NCBI RefSeq assembly: GCF_006345805.1
Contig: NC_043000.1
Coordinates: 64,914,001-64,978,000, forward strand
Length of the DNA: 64,000 nt
Direction: 5' to 3'
DNA from: Octopus sinensis
Taxonomy: Eukaryota
Below are positions 51,980 through 64,000 of the stretch, piece after piece (the stretch's first letter is position 1; each line of letters starts with the position of its first letter). The translations under genes and the position numbers were made by a program. Under the pieces are notes generated by a model. That model was not told the origin of the DNA. It searched no databases and saw only the letters and a program-made list of their open reading frames with translations.

Positions 51980-52334
51980 CTTTGGAAGAAAAAGACAAAA
52001 AATAATTACTAAAGTACGTTTTTAACATTTCAACATCAGTTACTATCTTTTTATTTTGCTCCAGGTCAGCCTGGTTTCAACAAACCTAGGAACAAAAGCA
52101 TTCCAGTCATGGCTATTGCGTTTTTTGTTCCAGTAAATCTAGACCATATATCCTTTTATTTAAGGTAGTGGGTTTGATTTGAGGGAAATTTGGTTGAGAT
52201 TTCTAACAGATTAAGCAACCACTTTGAACAGAGGTGGGAAATTCCCTAACTTCAGGTGAAATTTCGCCAACATCTAAATTTGAAACCGTACGTAATATTT
52301 AAAAAAAAAATCGAAAGACTAAACCATCGAAGGT

Positions 52335-52695
52335 GCAGGAGTGGGTGTGTGGTAAGAAGCTTGCTTCTGAACCACATGGTTCCGACTTCAATCCCACCGC
52401 GTGGCACCTTGGGCAAGTGTCTTCTACTATAGCCTCGGGCCAACCAAAGCCTTGTGAGCGGATTTGGTAGACGGAAACTGAAAGAAGCCTGTCGTAGATA
52501 TATATTCGCCATGATAGGTCGCTAGCCACTAAACCTTTTCCCATTTTCTCTCCCTGTTTCGTTCTGTGTTTCTTTATATCGAAGAGCGTAGGCTCGAAAC
52601 GTAAAAGATTTTCTCACCTCCTGAGCGTTAAACTAATACATCTGTTTGTTGCTTACACACCCGTCTTCGTCTTCTGTTTTTTTTTTTGTAAATTC

Positions 52696-52764
<69 letters not shown>

Positions 52765-53115
52765 GTGTATGTGTGTATGTGTGTGTGTGCGCGCGCGAGT
52801 AATTTAAAGTTAAATAGGTATCATTAACATTATTCCTTATAAGGATAATAATAAAATGGCTAGCAAGTTTACACCGTTATAGGTAAAATATAAACAAAAT
52901 TTAATATCCTACTGAATTTTGTATATATATAAATATATATATGTATAATATATATTTGTGCGTCTGCGTTTGTACCCCCCACTCCGACACCATTGCTTGA
53001 CAACCGATAGAATAAGTACTAGGCTTACAAAAAATAAGTCCTGGGGTCGATTTCTTCGGCTAAAGGCGATGCTCTAGCATGGCTGCGGTCAAATGACTGA
53101 CACAAGTAAAAAAAT
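52335..53115 (+). mobile_element. SINE family A interrupted by another repeat (52505-52700) and a (TA)n tract
   Basis: 5' half 52335-52500, 3' half ~52955-53115. Confidence 0.75.
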
Positions 53116-53596
53116 AAAGTAAGTTATAAAGTTGTGTACCTTCAAATCTTTACGCTTAAAGATTATGTTTCTGAGTAAATATGCAAACACAACTTTTCTT
53201 TTTATCACAATCGAATCAATAAGTAGAGTTGGGGTGAGTTTAATTAATGCATGTGGATATCCCACGAGACGTACTTCAAAATTTCAGATAACTCGAAAAT
53301 TTTTGTAATACATAAGCACTGACTCCAATTTTCTGACAGTCCCTTAATGCTTAAAAGAAAAAGATAAATTTCAGACAGTTCTGACTGTTAACTGACCTAT
53401 CATTAAAAGCAATCTGTCTATGACTATCCAGACTTTTTGTATATCAAGGATTACTTTCCCTAATGTGTCCCTTCTATGTTAGACACTGGCTGTGATTTGA
53501 CGGAGCTTTAGTTGGTTGACTTCAGCAGAAACTTACCCTGTAAAACAAAAGAGGGTGGTGGTGGTGGTGGAATGTTGTGTAGAAGACATTACTTAC

Positions 53597-53636
53597 AGAT
53601 TAATTCTCTCCTCCAACTTTGTTTTTTCACATCTTA
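53597..53636 (-). CDS. Candidate 40-nt exon (L)RCEKTKLEERIN(L)
   Basis: atatgcctttttcAG|...TCT|GTAAGT; only one open phase (1 to 2). Confidence 0.2.
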
Positions 53637-53849
53637 CTGAAAAAGGCATATTTTTAATGATATTTTGTTGATACAATTGTTGATAGAATTTGGAAAAAAA
53701 ATTTCAAAAGAATTTTGTATCGTTCTCCTCAATTCACACGTCTGCTATTTAGTTTTTAGTAGAGATCAGTTATTCACCGGAGAAATTTGACACATTTCTG
53801 ACATTAAACTGAAAGCTTAAAGCCAGTGATTTTGGAAATTTACAGGACG

Positions 53850-56100
53850 ATTTAATCAGATAGTATCGTATGTGGAATAGAAAAGTAAGGTACTTCTGAG
53901 GTACTGTTTCAGGAAGCAGAATTAACGTTTAAAAAAAATAAAGCTACAAATAAATGAAGAGCGATTAAAAATAAGTGCTACACAGGTAAAAAGCATCCCT
54001 GGTGACTCTTTAGTCTTGGCTGTGACAAAATAAATATCACCAAACGAAAAAGATAAAAAAAAAAAGGTCATTTTAAAAGCTCGCCATCCAAAGATCAAAG
54101 AAATAAAATCAAAAATGATTTTATAAATTCATGCAGTAAATGTGCTAGGATTTATCCACTTAAAATATGCCCTGCTTCTAGGAATACATGCACAAAATGC
54201 CATAAAAAAATAATTTTGCCAGCTTGTGCCGTTCTAACCAATCATAAAGTATCTAAGAAATAAGCACATCGGAAAACGATTCGTCAGTATCGATGTTCAT
54301 TTCTTGATGGTTATCACACCAGAAACGAATGCAGTAACATCTATTTGGACACAAGTCAACATAGCAGAAGACAGAGCATCGACTTCTGGCTCGATACTAC
54401 AGCACAAGCAAATATTATTCCAAACAGCACATTTCGCTCATTATACACAGATACTCTCGGGAAGAGTTTTGATAAAATGTAAGACCATATATATATCATA
54501 AAATGATCATCCCATCGCGTATGCATCACGTGCATTAACGGATCCCCCACGCGCCACCAAAAATAGTTACCTGAGAAGAAACTGCAGGCCATAGTCTTTG
54601 AATACAGATGGTTAAACTATTAGTATCAATTTCTCAGAAGCATCTTTGTCAAAGTCATACCATGAGTACAGAAAATAATTTTACCCTTGCAATGAAAGAT
54701 ATGATTTCACAGTTACTTACAAACCTAGAATAAATTTACTTATAGCTGATACTCTACCTAGAGCATTCCTCTCTATGATGAATTGCTAGATGTCAGTGCT
54801 ATCAGCTCACTACCAATGTCACCAACAAAACGAACAGCTTCAGACAGCAACAAGTCAAAGTGTTAGTCTGCCAACATCACGTGACATTGTGCTAAATAGC
54901 TGGTCGAAATCAAAACAGGAATGTCTGCCATCAGTGAAACTATACTGGGGAATCTGTGATGAAATTATATATCACAACCGACTGCTTTTCAAAAGTGACA
55001 GAGTAACCGTCTCAGAGTCGCTCAGAAGTGAAACAGTGGACAAGGTTCACCAGTCATATCAAGCCATTGTAAAAACTAAGTTGAAAGCTTATTCAGAAAG
55101 CAGTTGGAAAGTGTATCATATGTACCAAATTCAGAGCAGACTAAATGACTATTACTGCTTCATGAGATACCAAGAAGATCGTTGGTCAAAGGCTGGTGTT
55201 GATTTATTTTCAATTAATGGTGATGATTACGTAGTTATAGTTGATTATTACGTACTTAAAATTTGCTGAAATAATGCAATTGAGGGATCAAACCAGTTTT
55301 ACAGTTATAAACAAGTTGAAATCAGTCTTTGTCACACATAGGTTACTAGATATTCCTATCTCACACAAGGCTTCACAATTATCTTCTGAAGAATTTGAAA
55401 AATTTTCCAGAACGTGGGACTTTCACCATATCACATTCAGCCACGATTTCCACTATCAAATGAACAAGCCAAGATTGCAGTGAAAGCTATGAAAACACTG
55501 ATAAAAAAATAGAGAGAGGAAAAAAATTACCCCTGCCTGGTAGTCAGATTTTCGAAATACTCCAATAGACAAAGTTGGTAAAGCATCTGTACACCTCCTG
55601 ATGAGTCGTCATTTGAAGACAATACTACTTACGTCATTTCAGCTACTGTACTCTCAGATAAAAAAAAATCGGAGACATGCTGAGTGTCAAAGGCCGACAT
55701 CTTAAGTAATACGACCAACATGCCGGAAAACCACTCACGTCGTTGGAACCTGGTGATCATATACCAGTGCAAGTAAATGATAAAACATGGATATCAGCAA
55801 CTGTCAAAGACAGAAGTGATAAGCTGAGCTGGTATATGGTCGAGATGACAACTGAAGACACCATTGATATATTCGATCGTAAAAAAAGTTGATAGTCAAT
55901 TCAAACAGAGAACACCACATCTGTTTCATGAAGAACCAAATATGCTCAACTTAGTTGAGCAGTCAACTTCTAATAAGCCGTCTCTAGAAGCTGGCAAGAC
56001 TATATCAAGAAGTGGTCATGTAATCAACAAACCATTAAGATACTGAACCTGACAAGTTCTGATACAGGTCACAACAATACCGTAAGAACATGAGGATAGT
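53850..56100 (+). mobile_element. Decayed Ty3/Gypsy LTR retrotransposon pol (RT, RNase H, integrase)
   Basis: RYDFTVTYKPRINLLIADTLPRA; ORF 54790..55269 (YWGICDEI...RWSKAGVDLFSINGDDYVVIVDYY); rve-like ORF 55241..55483; C-terminal SRSGHVINKPLRY. Confidence 0.88.
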
Positions 56101-56185
56101 CTACCCCTGTACTTGTTCATGTGTAAAATAGTCTTACAACTTAAGATATATGTGATCTATTGAGTTACTTCCCTTCAATTATAAT

Positions 56186-56383
56186 ATTGGTTTTAAATTT
56201 TGGCACAAGGCCAGTAATTTCGGGCGAGTGGGAAGCCAATTACATTAACTCCAAAGTTCAGCTGGTACTTATTTTATCGATCCCGAAAGATTGAAAGGCA
56301 AAGTCGACCTCTTTACATTCTGAATTTGCACTCAGAACATAAAGACGGACGAAATGCTAAAGATTCTGCCAGCTCGCCGCCTT
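56186..56383 (-). mobile_element. SINE family B
   Basis: gaaaggcaaagtcgacctc; ctgccagctcgccgcctt. Confidence 0.85.
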
Positions 56384-56619
56384 CTTTTTAATTATTATAT
56401 TACTTGATACTTATTGTTATATTTTAAAGAAGTATTCAGTGAGGGTCAGTATTCCAGCAATGGCTACCTGAGTAATAAGCCACTCGTAAAATCTCTTATT
56501 TTATCTAGTTATTCATGTCGTTAAAACACGACATAACACTAGCAACATGATTGTAATCCATACCCTCGAAAAACAATATCTCTTCAAAGTTTCGTTTAAA
56601 AAAAAAATGTCTTTTTATT

Positions 56620-57500
56620 CAGAAAGTAATGTGGAAACAAAGTCAAGAGTGAGAGAGGAGTCCTTTTGTCTCTATTTTCACAGATGTTACGTCTACATTT
56701 TTGTCTATTGAACAATGCACCTTTGTATGGCTAAATCCATTTTCGACCATATCGAAAATTGGAAATACAAGAACGAACCAGTAATTCCTCAAATGTTTGA
56801 ATATTTGGTTGCAGTATGAACATTGCTTCAGAAAATTACAGAAAATTTTATATTTAAACAATGTCTTCGCCTTGAGATCTAATTTGAAATAATTTCCTTT
56901 ACTTGTTTCAATGGTGTCAAGTTAAGAGAAATTTTGAAAACTTTGTGACCTAAAGGTTTATGGAAACCAATTTTCAGTTGAAATCTTAGAGTAAGAGTTT
57001 GAGATTGAATTATTCTAATACCCTTCACTAATAATCTATTTTTCAGTTCATTAAATTTAGACAATAAGTCAGTCATTTAACATAGACGCATTTCATTTCT
57101 TAGTTATAGATCCTCATCGTTAAGGAACACTACAGAAGAACAAAGAAAAAAAATCAAATAGTTATTGTAAAGTATCTCGAGATAATCACCTTCAGTATGC
57201 AAAAGAAGCTGTTTGAAACTTTCATCATTGGTTATTACATAATAATACAAAACCCGAGAACTGAGTGGGTTTTTATTGATTTGATATCCACTTTCTTAAA
57301 TCATAGTAAATTTCCCGTATGTTTTTGTCACAAGTTGTTTGTATAAAAATATGTACTTGGCATACATTAGGAAACATTTCTATAGGAAAGCTGAAAACCG
57401 TATTTGACGGTCATGACTGATGTGACATCAAACGTAACTGTTGTAATATTGTTAAAAAGAATGGTATTTTTACTGAAATATTCTCAAGAAAACCATTTAA
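56620..57500 (-). mobile_element. hAT (Buster/Charlie-type) transposase remnant
   Basis: SFKQLLLHTEG (cf. LLLHTEVRWLS); MTDLLSKFNELK (cf. YLxDLFxKLNELN); FPIFDMVENGFS (cf. FPTSYLVExGFS). Confidence 0.85.
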
Positions 57501-57597
57501 CTCGCAGAATTAGCTTTAAGTAGAAAAAAAATTCAACAATACATTTTTACTAAGGTTATATATCACAAAAACCATGAGAATTTTTATAAGTTCCAAA

Positions 57598-58040
57598 TGT
57601 TATGTTCAGTTTACACTATGACTCGTGCATGTAGGTTGCCATGGTAGTTGAGCTGATCAGCTAAGTGCTAGGAGCTGTATGTTGGGAGCTGACTGTTAAC
57701 TGTTGGTTGCTGTTATTTCTAGTGTCGGCGGTCAATAGTTGTACGCAAAAGAAAATGACGAAATCTGTTGAGGTTTTATGAACAACTTTATTTCTTGTGG
57801 GAGTTTGGATGTTATATTAACTGGTGTAATTGAAAAATCACAATAAATGTTGAGAGTTTTAATGTTATTTAATAGTATTACGATAAAAGTTGAGAGAGTT
57901 TGGTGTTATTAGTATTACGATAAATGTTGAGGGAGTTTGGTGTTATAGAAATAGTATTAGAAAAATTATAGTTAGTCAATGTGTTATAGAAAGTCCGTTT
58001 TGTTGAAATTAGCTCTGTGTTGCTGTCAGTTGTTCGTCAT
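57598..58040. mobile_element. Possible solo LTR with internal ~38-bp tandem repeats
   Basis: Begins TGTTATG and ends ...CA; internal tagtattacgataaatgttgagagagtttggtgttat repeats; no TSD found. Confidence 0.25.
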
Positions 58041-58359
58041 GATGATAGCCAGATTCAGCCGCTGCTTGTTAGCCATGTCGTCTCTGCTACAACCCGAAGC
58101 TCTTTCTGGGTATGACTGTTGCGTATGCTGATTCTATACCAAAAGGAAGATGCCAAAACTAATATTAGGTGCTGGAGCCTATCCCGCGTGAAATCGTAAT
58201 TGGCTAGATCCAGTCGATCATGTGGACAATATTCTTTCCAGGCGAAGTCGTGATTAGTCAGATTCACTGACCATGTGAGCAAGATTCCAGCGAATCGCGA
58301 CATTCGGCTGAATGCTGAATTTTCTCACTACACTACTGAAGTTCTCAAGTTAACTTCTT

Positions 58360-58675
58360 TTCAACTTCTTTTGTACCGCAAAATACCAGGGACTACCAAA
58401 AGTAACACTGAAAATACAGGATAGAAATATGAGGCTAGCTGGACACTGCATCAGACACACCGATGAAAATACTAACAAGCTAGTGCTCTGGCAACCAACA
58501 GAAGGAAGAACCAAGAGAGGAAGTATGGAAGACAACTTATATCGACAGCTTGCTGAAGGATACTGGTATGGAAGGGGTACAGGAACTGAGGACCATTATG
58601 GAAGATCGAGATGAATGGGGAAAACGTGTGGAAACAGTCTTGGGTCGTCCTATGGGATGACCTAGATGAGATGAA
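58360..58675 (+). mobile_element. RTE/RTE-X LINE 3' end
   Basis: MRLAGHCIRHTDENTNKLVLWQPTEGRTKRG, then after a frameshift KTTYIDSLLKDTG...ELRTIMEDRDEW. Confidence 0.85.
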
Positions 58676-59394
58676 TTTAAAGAAGTTACGTAAAGAATAC
58701 ATTCAGAATTCTTCCTTATAACAACTTCTTTAATAATGGTTACTATAGCAGCATCCATTGTTTTGTGTGCTATGCTAAAGGATATATTGTAAGAGGTCGT
58801 CTTCACGCAACCTTCAGAATCAGCACTTGACTGGAGTTTAGACCCCTTCTAAGCCTTCTGTTCAGTATCTTGAACAACTGGAGATCTTTGGTTTTCCTAT
58901 ATAAAAGTATCCTTCCAAGTTGGTCTTTCGTTTTCGAAGGCTTCTTTGCCACATTTGCAAAAAAAAAATTCTTACATAACAAGCAAATGAGTATTACTAC
59001 ATTTGTGATTGAAGGAATAAAACCAAATTTCAAATATTTCTATGACTATTGTCGATATTTTTCATGTTATCATCGAGGAACAACATATGTAATGTAAAAT
59101 TGATGGGCAATATACTATTATAAAGCCAAAATTTCTATATGAATACAATAGCACACAAAACTTGTCTCACCAAAGTTGTAACAAAATTAAATTATAAAAC
59201 TATAATTACATTATAACATAATATTGATTTAAATATTTCTTTTATTCTTTTATTATCTTTTTTAAATTCAAATTACCAATTTGCGCAAAGCAACATTAAT
59301 TTGTCAAAAACACGCATGTGCAAACACAAAATGCCTTCTTTTACTACTAGTTAATTGGTTGAAAATAATTGTGTGTGTGTGTGTGTATGTGCAA

Positions 59395-60100
59395 GTGATT
59401 GATGATTTCTGGTGCAATACCATCTGATCTTGGTGCCTTGTTTGTAAGTAGAATGTTGTTGGCTTTAGTTAGCTGTTCAACAGTTGGAACTACATCGGTT
59501 CAATGACAAGCAGGCACTCCTCGACATCTTGTGCACTATCTGAGATGTTGCTTTCTTTGGAATAGATTTCAACATAGTGTTTCCTTCATCTCTCTATCTG
59601 CTACTCTTGAACTTTACTGCTCTGTCTTACTCCGAGTTGCAGTGGAAGCTTTTTTGATCCCTTCGTAAATCCACAAGTTTTCTGTGTATCAAATAAAGAT
59701 TGAATGCCTTTGCAGAATTGGTATTACAACTGTTTTCTCGCTTCTTGCTAGCCAGTGTTGGCAGACTGAAGTGACGTTTGTGGCTCTAATAATGCAGGAT
59801 ACTTTACGTCGACGACAACGGTAAGCTAACACGAATTCATTTTAATCCTGTTCTGCGCCTTGTTTCGTATTTTCATTTCTTTTTGCTGAAGGCCTTGGAG
59901 TCTCAGCAGTTCTTTGTTAGTCACTGTTGTTTTGTGTGTTGCTCATCTCCTAGAGGTCATCTGATATTCCAGTGATAACGTTTCTCACATTCCATCACTC
60001 TAATACTGAGTGCTGACTTTTGTCTTCTTGTGCCCCTAGTGCAGTGTTTACCAGATGCAGTCTGAGCAACTTATATCCTTAATTCCTCGCATCCAGTGAC
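59395..60100 (-). mobile_element. Internally deleted RTE LINE ORF2 (endonuclease start plus pre-RT region)
   Basis: WNVRNVITGISDDL..MSN..TxVTxKELLRL-like start; later HYVEIYSKE and NKAPRSDGIAPEII. Confidence 0.8.
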
Positions 60101-60584
60101 GAGGTCGGACCTTGGCAGGGTCTATTTCAGTTTGAGGCGAATAGTACTATCCAGGGAGGAACAAAGACTTCTCTCCAGTTCGAAAGCAACCACAGATGCC
60201 TTGCTCTACGCCAATCGAGTACAGGCTTATAAAAGTGAAGCAATATTGAAGTGTCTTTTGCAGGGAACGATCCTAAAAAATATTGTTGTACGGAAAACCA
60301 GCAGTCATCAGGGTTTTGACGTTTCCTCTGTTCACGCCTCCGAAGTTGCTTAAGGGAAGAGCAAGAGCTGATACATATTGGCACTAGTGTCATCGTAGAA
60401 ATTTCCAGGATGAAAATGAAGACACTTCGAACTTCTTTTGAAATTCTAGCTGGAAATAGCTCTCATGGTTTACACACAAAGCCTTTCCCACCACGAGAGC
60501 GTATAACTGAAAAACATTGGAAGTTTGAAATCAATTAATTGTTTCTTTTTCTTCTCTTAAATGGAGTGTCTTCGCAGGTGTGTG

Positions 60585-60760
60585 TGAATAGCATTACAGA
60601 AGATTTCAGGTGTGGTAGCTGATTTAGCTCGTGTATCAAAGGGTTGCTGAACTACACACACACAGACACACATTGTGTGTGTGTGTGTGTGTAGTTCAGC
60701 AACCCTTTGATGACGAGTTAAATCAGCTACCACACCTGAAATCTTCCGTAATGCTATTCA
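60585..60760. repeat. 176-bp inverted repeat with a (CA)/(TG) centre
   Basis: Arms of ~70 bp with 2 transitions and one small mismatch/indel. Confidence 0.95.
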
Positions 60761-61059
60761 AAAGCAGAAAAGTAGTTTTGAAGTAATTTCTTATGCGTTT
60801 TTCTTTATAGAGGAAATTGAGCAAAAAAAAAAAAAAGAACTGAAGAAAGGGGGAAAAAGATAGAAAACGCAATCCAATTTATAGTCAATTAAAAAACATC
60901 TTCATGACTATCACTATCTTCGCATGATTAACAACAAACATGGTTTACACAAAATAGAGAACATCAAAATTAATGACTTTTGCTGTTGCTTATTTTTCTC
61001 TTGTTTCTCGATGTTTTGTTTAGTATTTTGATTGCCAATCTCTTGCTATGAACAAGACT

Positions 61060-61600
61060 TTACTCTATTCTGTGCCTGATCTTATTTATTTTTATACGTA
61101 GCGCAGTAGAAAATGCAGTTTCACATAGATAAGTTGTGAGAAATGTAATTATTCATTCGACGGCTTTCTTTGCAAATTGAGAGTATGGAGTTAGCCGTTT
61201 TAACCAAGTGTCTAGCGAGGAATAGGACCAGAGAAAAGAATTTGCTGGTTTCGTTACTTTGTAGCAACTCTTCTTCAAGAGTCCACGTTCGATGAGAATG
61301 GTTGCTGAATCTGGCCACCAACAGTTTCCTTCGGCATCTACTTTTCTAACGTATTCTTAAGTTCCAACAGATGATTCCCAACCTCTTCCTCCTCTTGATG
61401 GGTCGATTCTTCCAAAAGTAGGAGAAATGAAGAGAAATGTTCTTTTTCAGTTCAGTGTTTTTCAAGGTGAGATATATATATCTTTATATATATCAACCCT
61501 CTCAAGACCTTGCAATCTGCTTCGATTTCTTGTGCTGAGAGGTTCAGTTCATTCATATACTTGAACATATCTTGAAGTATAAGAGGCTTCGCAGATTTTT
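61060..61600 (-). mobile_element. Second hAT (Buster/FAM200-type) transposase remnant
   Basis: LQDMFKYMNELNLSAQ; FLTTYLCETAFS...RIKINKIRHRI (hAT dimerisation motif TTYLCExGFS). Confidence 0.8.
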
Positions 61601-61859
61601 ATTGCAATACAAGCGGCAAAAATCCGATAGGTAAAGGAATAGACACAACACAACCAAGCTACAGAAATACTAATTGCAGGTGATCGAAGGTAGGATGAGG
61701 AAAATACAAATACAATCAAGAAAGCGGATAGCGTTAAAAAGATTGCAGACGTGTACTGTAGGTGACATGTTTCGTCCACATCTATTTTCTCCACCCTTGT
61801 TCTAACCTTTTGACTGCACCTATTTCAAAATTCTAAAAAAAAAAAAAAAGAAATCCTAA

Positions 61860-62243
61860 ACAGGCGTGGCTGTGTAGTAAGAAGCTTCCTTTCCAACCAC
61901 ATGATACCAGGTTCAGTCCCTCTGCGGGCCACCTTGGGCATATGTCTCTTACTCTAGCTCGGGTCGACTAAAGATTTTCGTCTTGTGAGTGAATTTAGTA
62001 GACCGAAACTGAAAGAAGCCTGTCGTATAAGTGTGTGTGTGTGTTTGACCCCCACAACCGCTTAACATCCTGTGTTGGTGTGTTTACATCCCCGTAACTT
62101 ATCGGTTCAGCAACAGAAACAGATAGAATAAGTACAAGGCTTCAAAAAAAATACTGTGGTCGATTCATTCGACTAGAAAATTCTTCAAGGCGGTGCCTTA
62201 GCATGGCCGCAGTCTAATGACTGAATCGAGTAAAAGATTAAAA
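61860..62243 (+). mobile_element. SINE family A, full length
   Basis: Family motifs, CpG retained. Confidence 0.88.
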
Positions 62244-62649
62244 GGTAAACAATTTTAGATCCCCAAGATCTGCAGATTGTAAAACCGTGAACATCTATTT
62301 CGAACATTTGTAAAAAGCAAGAAAATTACTACTTGGACTATAACTCTAGGTTTATATTTGTGTTTATTGAGATTCTTGCTGTGTAACTAACTGTTTCAGC
62401 GCCAAGCTTGAGAAACTTGTTTTTTCTTGTTGAACAGAAATGTCTCAGCATCAAGCTTGAGAAGTTTGGTGCTGAGCCAATTAGTTTCAACCCAAAAGAA
62501 CATGACAGATTACAAAATAAATAGCTCCAGGGAAATATGTAAAACATTCCAGAAGTTTAGCTTGTAGTGTGTACATATTTACACGTGTAGATATACAAGA
62601 CATATGTAAATGTTTACAGACATAAATATAAACATAGATTCACAAGGCA

Positions 62650-62723
62650 ATGACATACATACATACATACATACATACATACATACATACATACATACAT
62701 ACATACATACATACATACATACA

Positions 62724-62757
<34 letters not shown>

Positions 62758-62800
62758 CATACGTGCATATATACATACATACATAAACACATACATATTC
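62650..62800. repeat. (CATA)n microsatellite
   Basis: Directly visible. Confidence 0.95.
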
Positions 62801-63199
62801 AAGCCTGATCAATGGAACTTTAAAAATGTGTAGAACTTTCCAGAAGATAGCATTTGTGTATCTATGCGCATGTCCTGACATGCAAATACATGCATGACAA
62901 TACGTACATAAAGCAAAACATATAAATCTGATCATGCACAAACTTCAAATATTGCACACATGCACACATACACACACAGATACAATGTTAATGTTGTTGA
63001 AGCTCCAATGAAGCCTTCGATCTAGGTTAGAAATTGACTCTTTTCTATTGGCAAGAAAATTTGAAATAAAACTGAACAGCATACATACATACATAAGTTG
63101 TTCAAACCATATTAATTTCTCAGATTATGTACCTTGAAATTAGGTATCACACTTTGACCCATTGACTGGAGCAATAAAATTGTATTATTGGGGATATAT

Positions 63200-63800
63200 T
63201 CTACTCCCACATTATTAGAAAGCTCATTTAAGTTCTCTGAGAGGCTTGGTGCGTTGTCTAAAACGAGCAGTGCTTCGTTGGAAATATGTTTGGTAATGTA
63301 CCTTTCAATAACAGGACAAGAAAAAAAAAACGTTTGTAAATCATTGTTTGAAAAGATTCTTTGACATACCTGCCTCCTTATTTAAGCGCCAAATTTGAGG
63401 TTGATTAAACTTTGAGTAAGCTTTGAAAGTCCTTGGATTTTGGGAGTGGCATTTTCTCCCAGTAGATGATTTTTGGAAGCTTTAAATCCTGGTGTTGACT
63501 TTTCTTTCCGAGAAATAAAAAGTTTTAACACGCGTGCATTTCCAGAAAAGTGCAGTTTCATTAATATTATATACTTGCTCTGGTGGGTATCCCCCTTTTA
63601 GCAGTCATTTCTTGCTCTACCCACACTCTCAGATGCTCAGGACAACTAGTATCAGTCTGCATTAGCACTGGCAGTTTCATCAGTCATTTTTATGTCGCGC
63701 AGCTTCAAACGCTTCCTTAAACCAGCTCCTAAAAGTTTTTCATTTGAAGTTTCACTTTCCTTTTTCGGTAAATCGCCTTGTTTTTTTTCCTCTCTCTTTG
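63200..63800 (-). mobile_element. Tigger/pogo (TIGD1-like) transposase remnant
   Basis: LRDIKMTDETASANAD; GYPPEQVYNINETALFWK..KTF..RKEKSTPGFKASK; LLVLDNAP. Confidence 0.88.
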
Positions 63801-64000
63801 TATTGCCATAATATTTTACGTCATTGTAGATCGAGTCTGATCCTCTACATTGTTACCATGCCTGATTGTATTTTTGTTGTTGGCAGCTGGTTATTCAAAA
63901 AATTGGTAGATAGGTTGTGGTGGTATTGGACGTGTTAGTTGCATTGGCATTAGCGTTTGTGGTGATGAGGGTGGGTAATGTTGATGGTAGCAGGTTTTCA

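Noticed and set aside
52565-52612. gagc-gtag-gctc-GAAAC hairpin resembling hammerhead helix II
   Set aside because: The core is not CUGANGA and there is no NUH or helix I
54560-54585. Recursive-splice-like ctcAG|GTAACT on the minus strand
   Set aside because: Antisense of the Gypsy RNase H coding sequence, so likely chance
56684-56783. Strong plus-strand acceptor with a short open frame
   Set aside because: Antisense to the hAT C-terminus, and the frame closes with no donor
60700-60755. TTGATGA...GAAA...GTA in the right arm of the palindrome
   Set aside because: No helix II adjacent to the core and no helix I
61371-61466. Neat 96-nt plus-strand exon DDSQPLPPLDGSILPKVGEMKRNVLFQFSVFQ with branch point and AAG|GTGAGA donor
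   Set aside because: It lies antisense within the hAT transposase remnant, so it is probably fortuitous; exonisation cannot be excluded
61755-61830. Minus-strand GAAAC-AT-GTC with a taggt/accta helix I
   Set aside because: The CUGANGA core is missing
6182-62941. Dozens of ORFs rich in YI/CV/HT/MYVC repeats
   Set aside because: They are translations of (TA)n, (CA)n and (TATG)n microsatellites

Overview
Eukaryotic, AT-rich, extremely repeat-dense genomic DNA. The microsatellite density and the SINE/RTE families resemble those of coleoid cephalopods such as Octopus; this is inferred from recognition of the repeats and was not checked against a database. No complete protein-coding gene, rRNA, tRNA or CRISPR array can be supported. 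Nearly all listed ORFs are microsatellite artefacts or decayed transposon fragments. The window holds more than 25 tRNA-derived SINE copies from about 4-5 families, several RTE-clade LINE fragments, a CR1/L2 fragment, Penelope-like (PLE) remnants, piggyBac-type and hAT-type MITEs, and a 53.8-64 kb graveyard of Gypsy, hAT (two), RTE and Tigger remnants. Most interesting observations: (1) several PLE-type minimal hammerhead-ribozyme-like motifs, some with long helix-II loops; (2) three near-perfect fold-back palindromes built from element ends; (3) minus-strand candidate exons near 52-53.6 kb, including a possible 1-nt microexon coupled to alternative acceptors; (4) a visible CpG-retention boundary near 52 kb and a CCAAT-box cluster near 39.6 kb, which hint at a host gene whose introns fill most of the window. 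All exon calls are low confidence.
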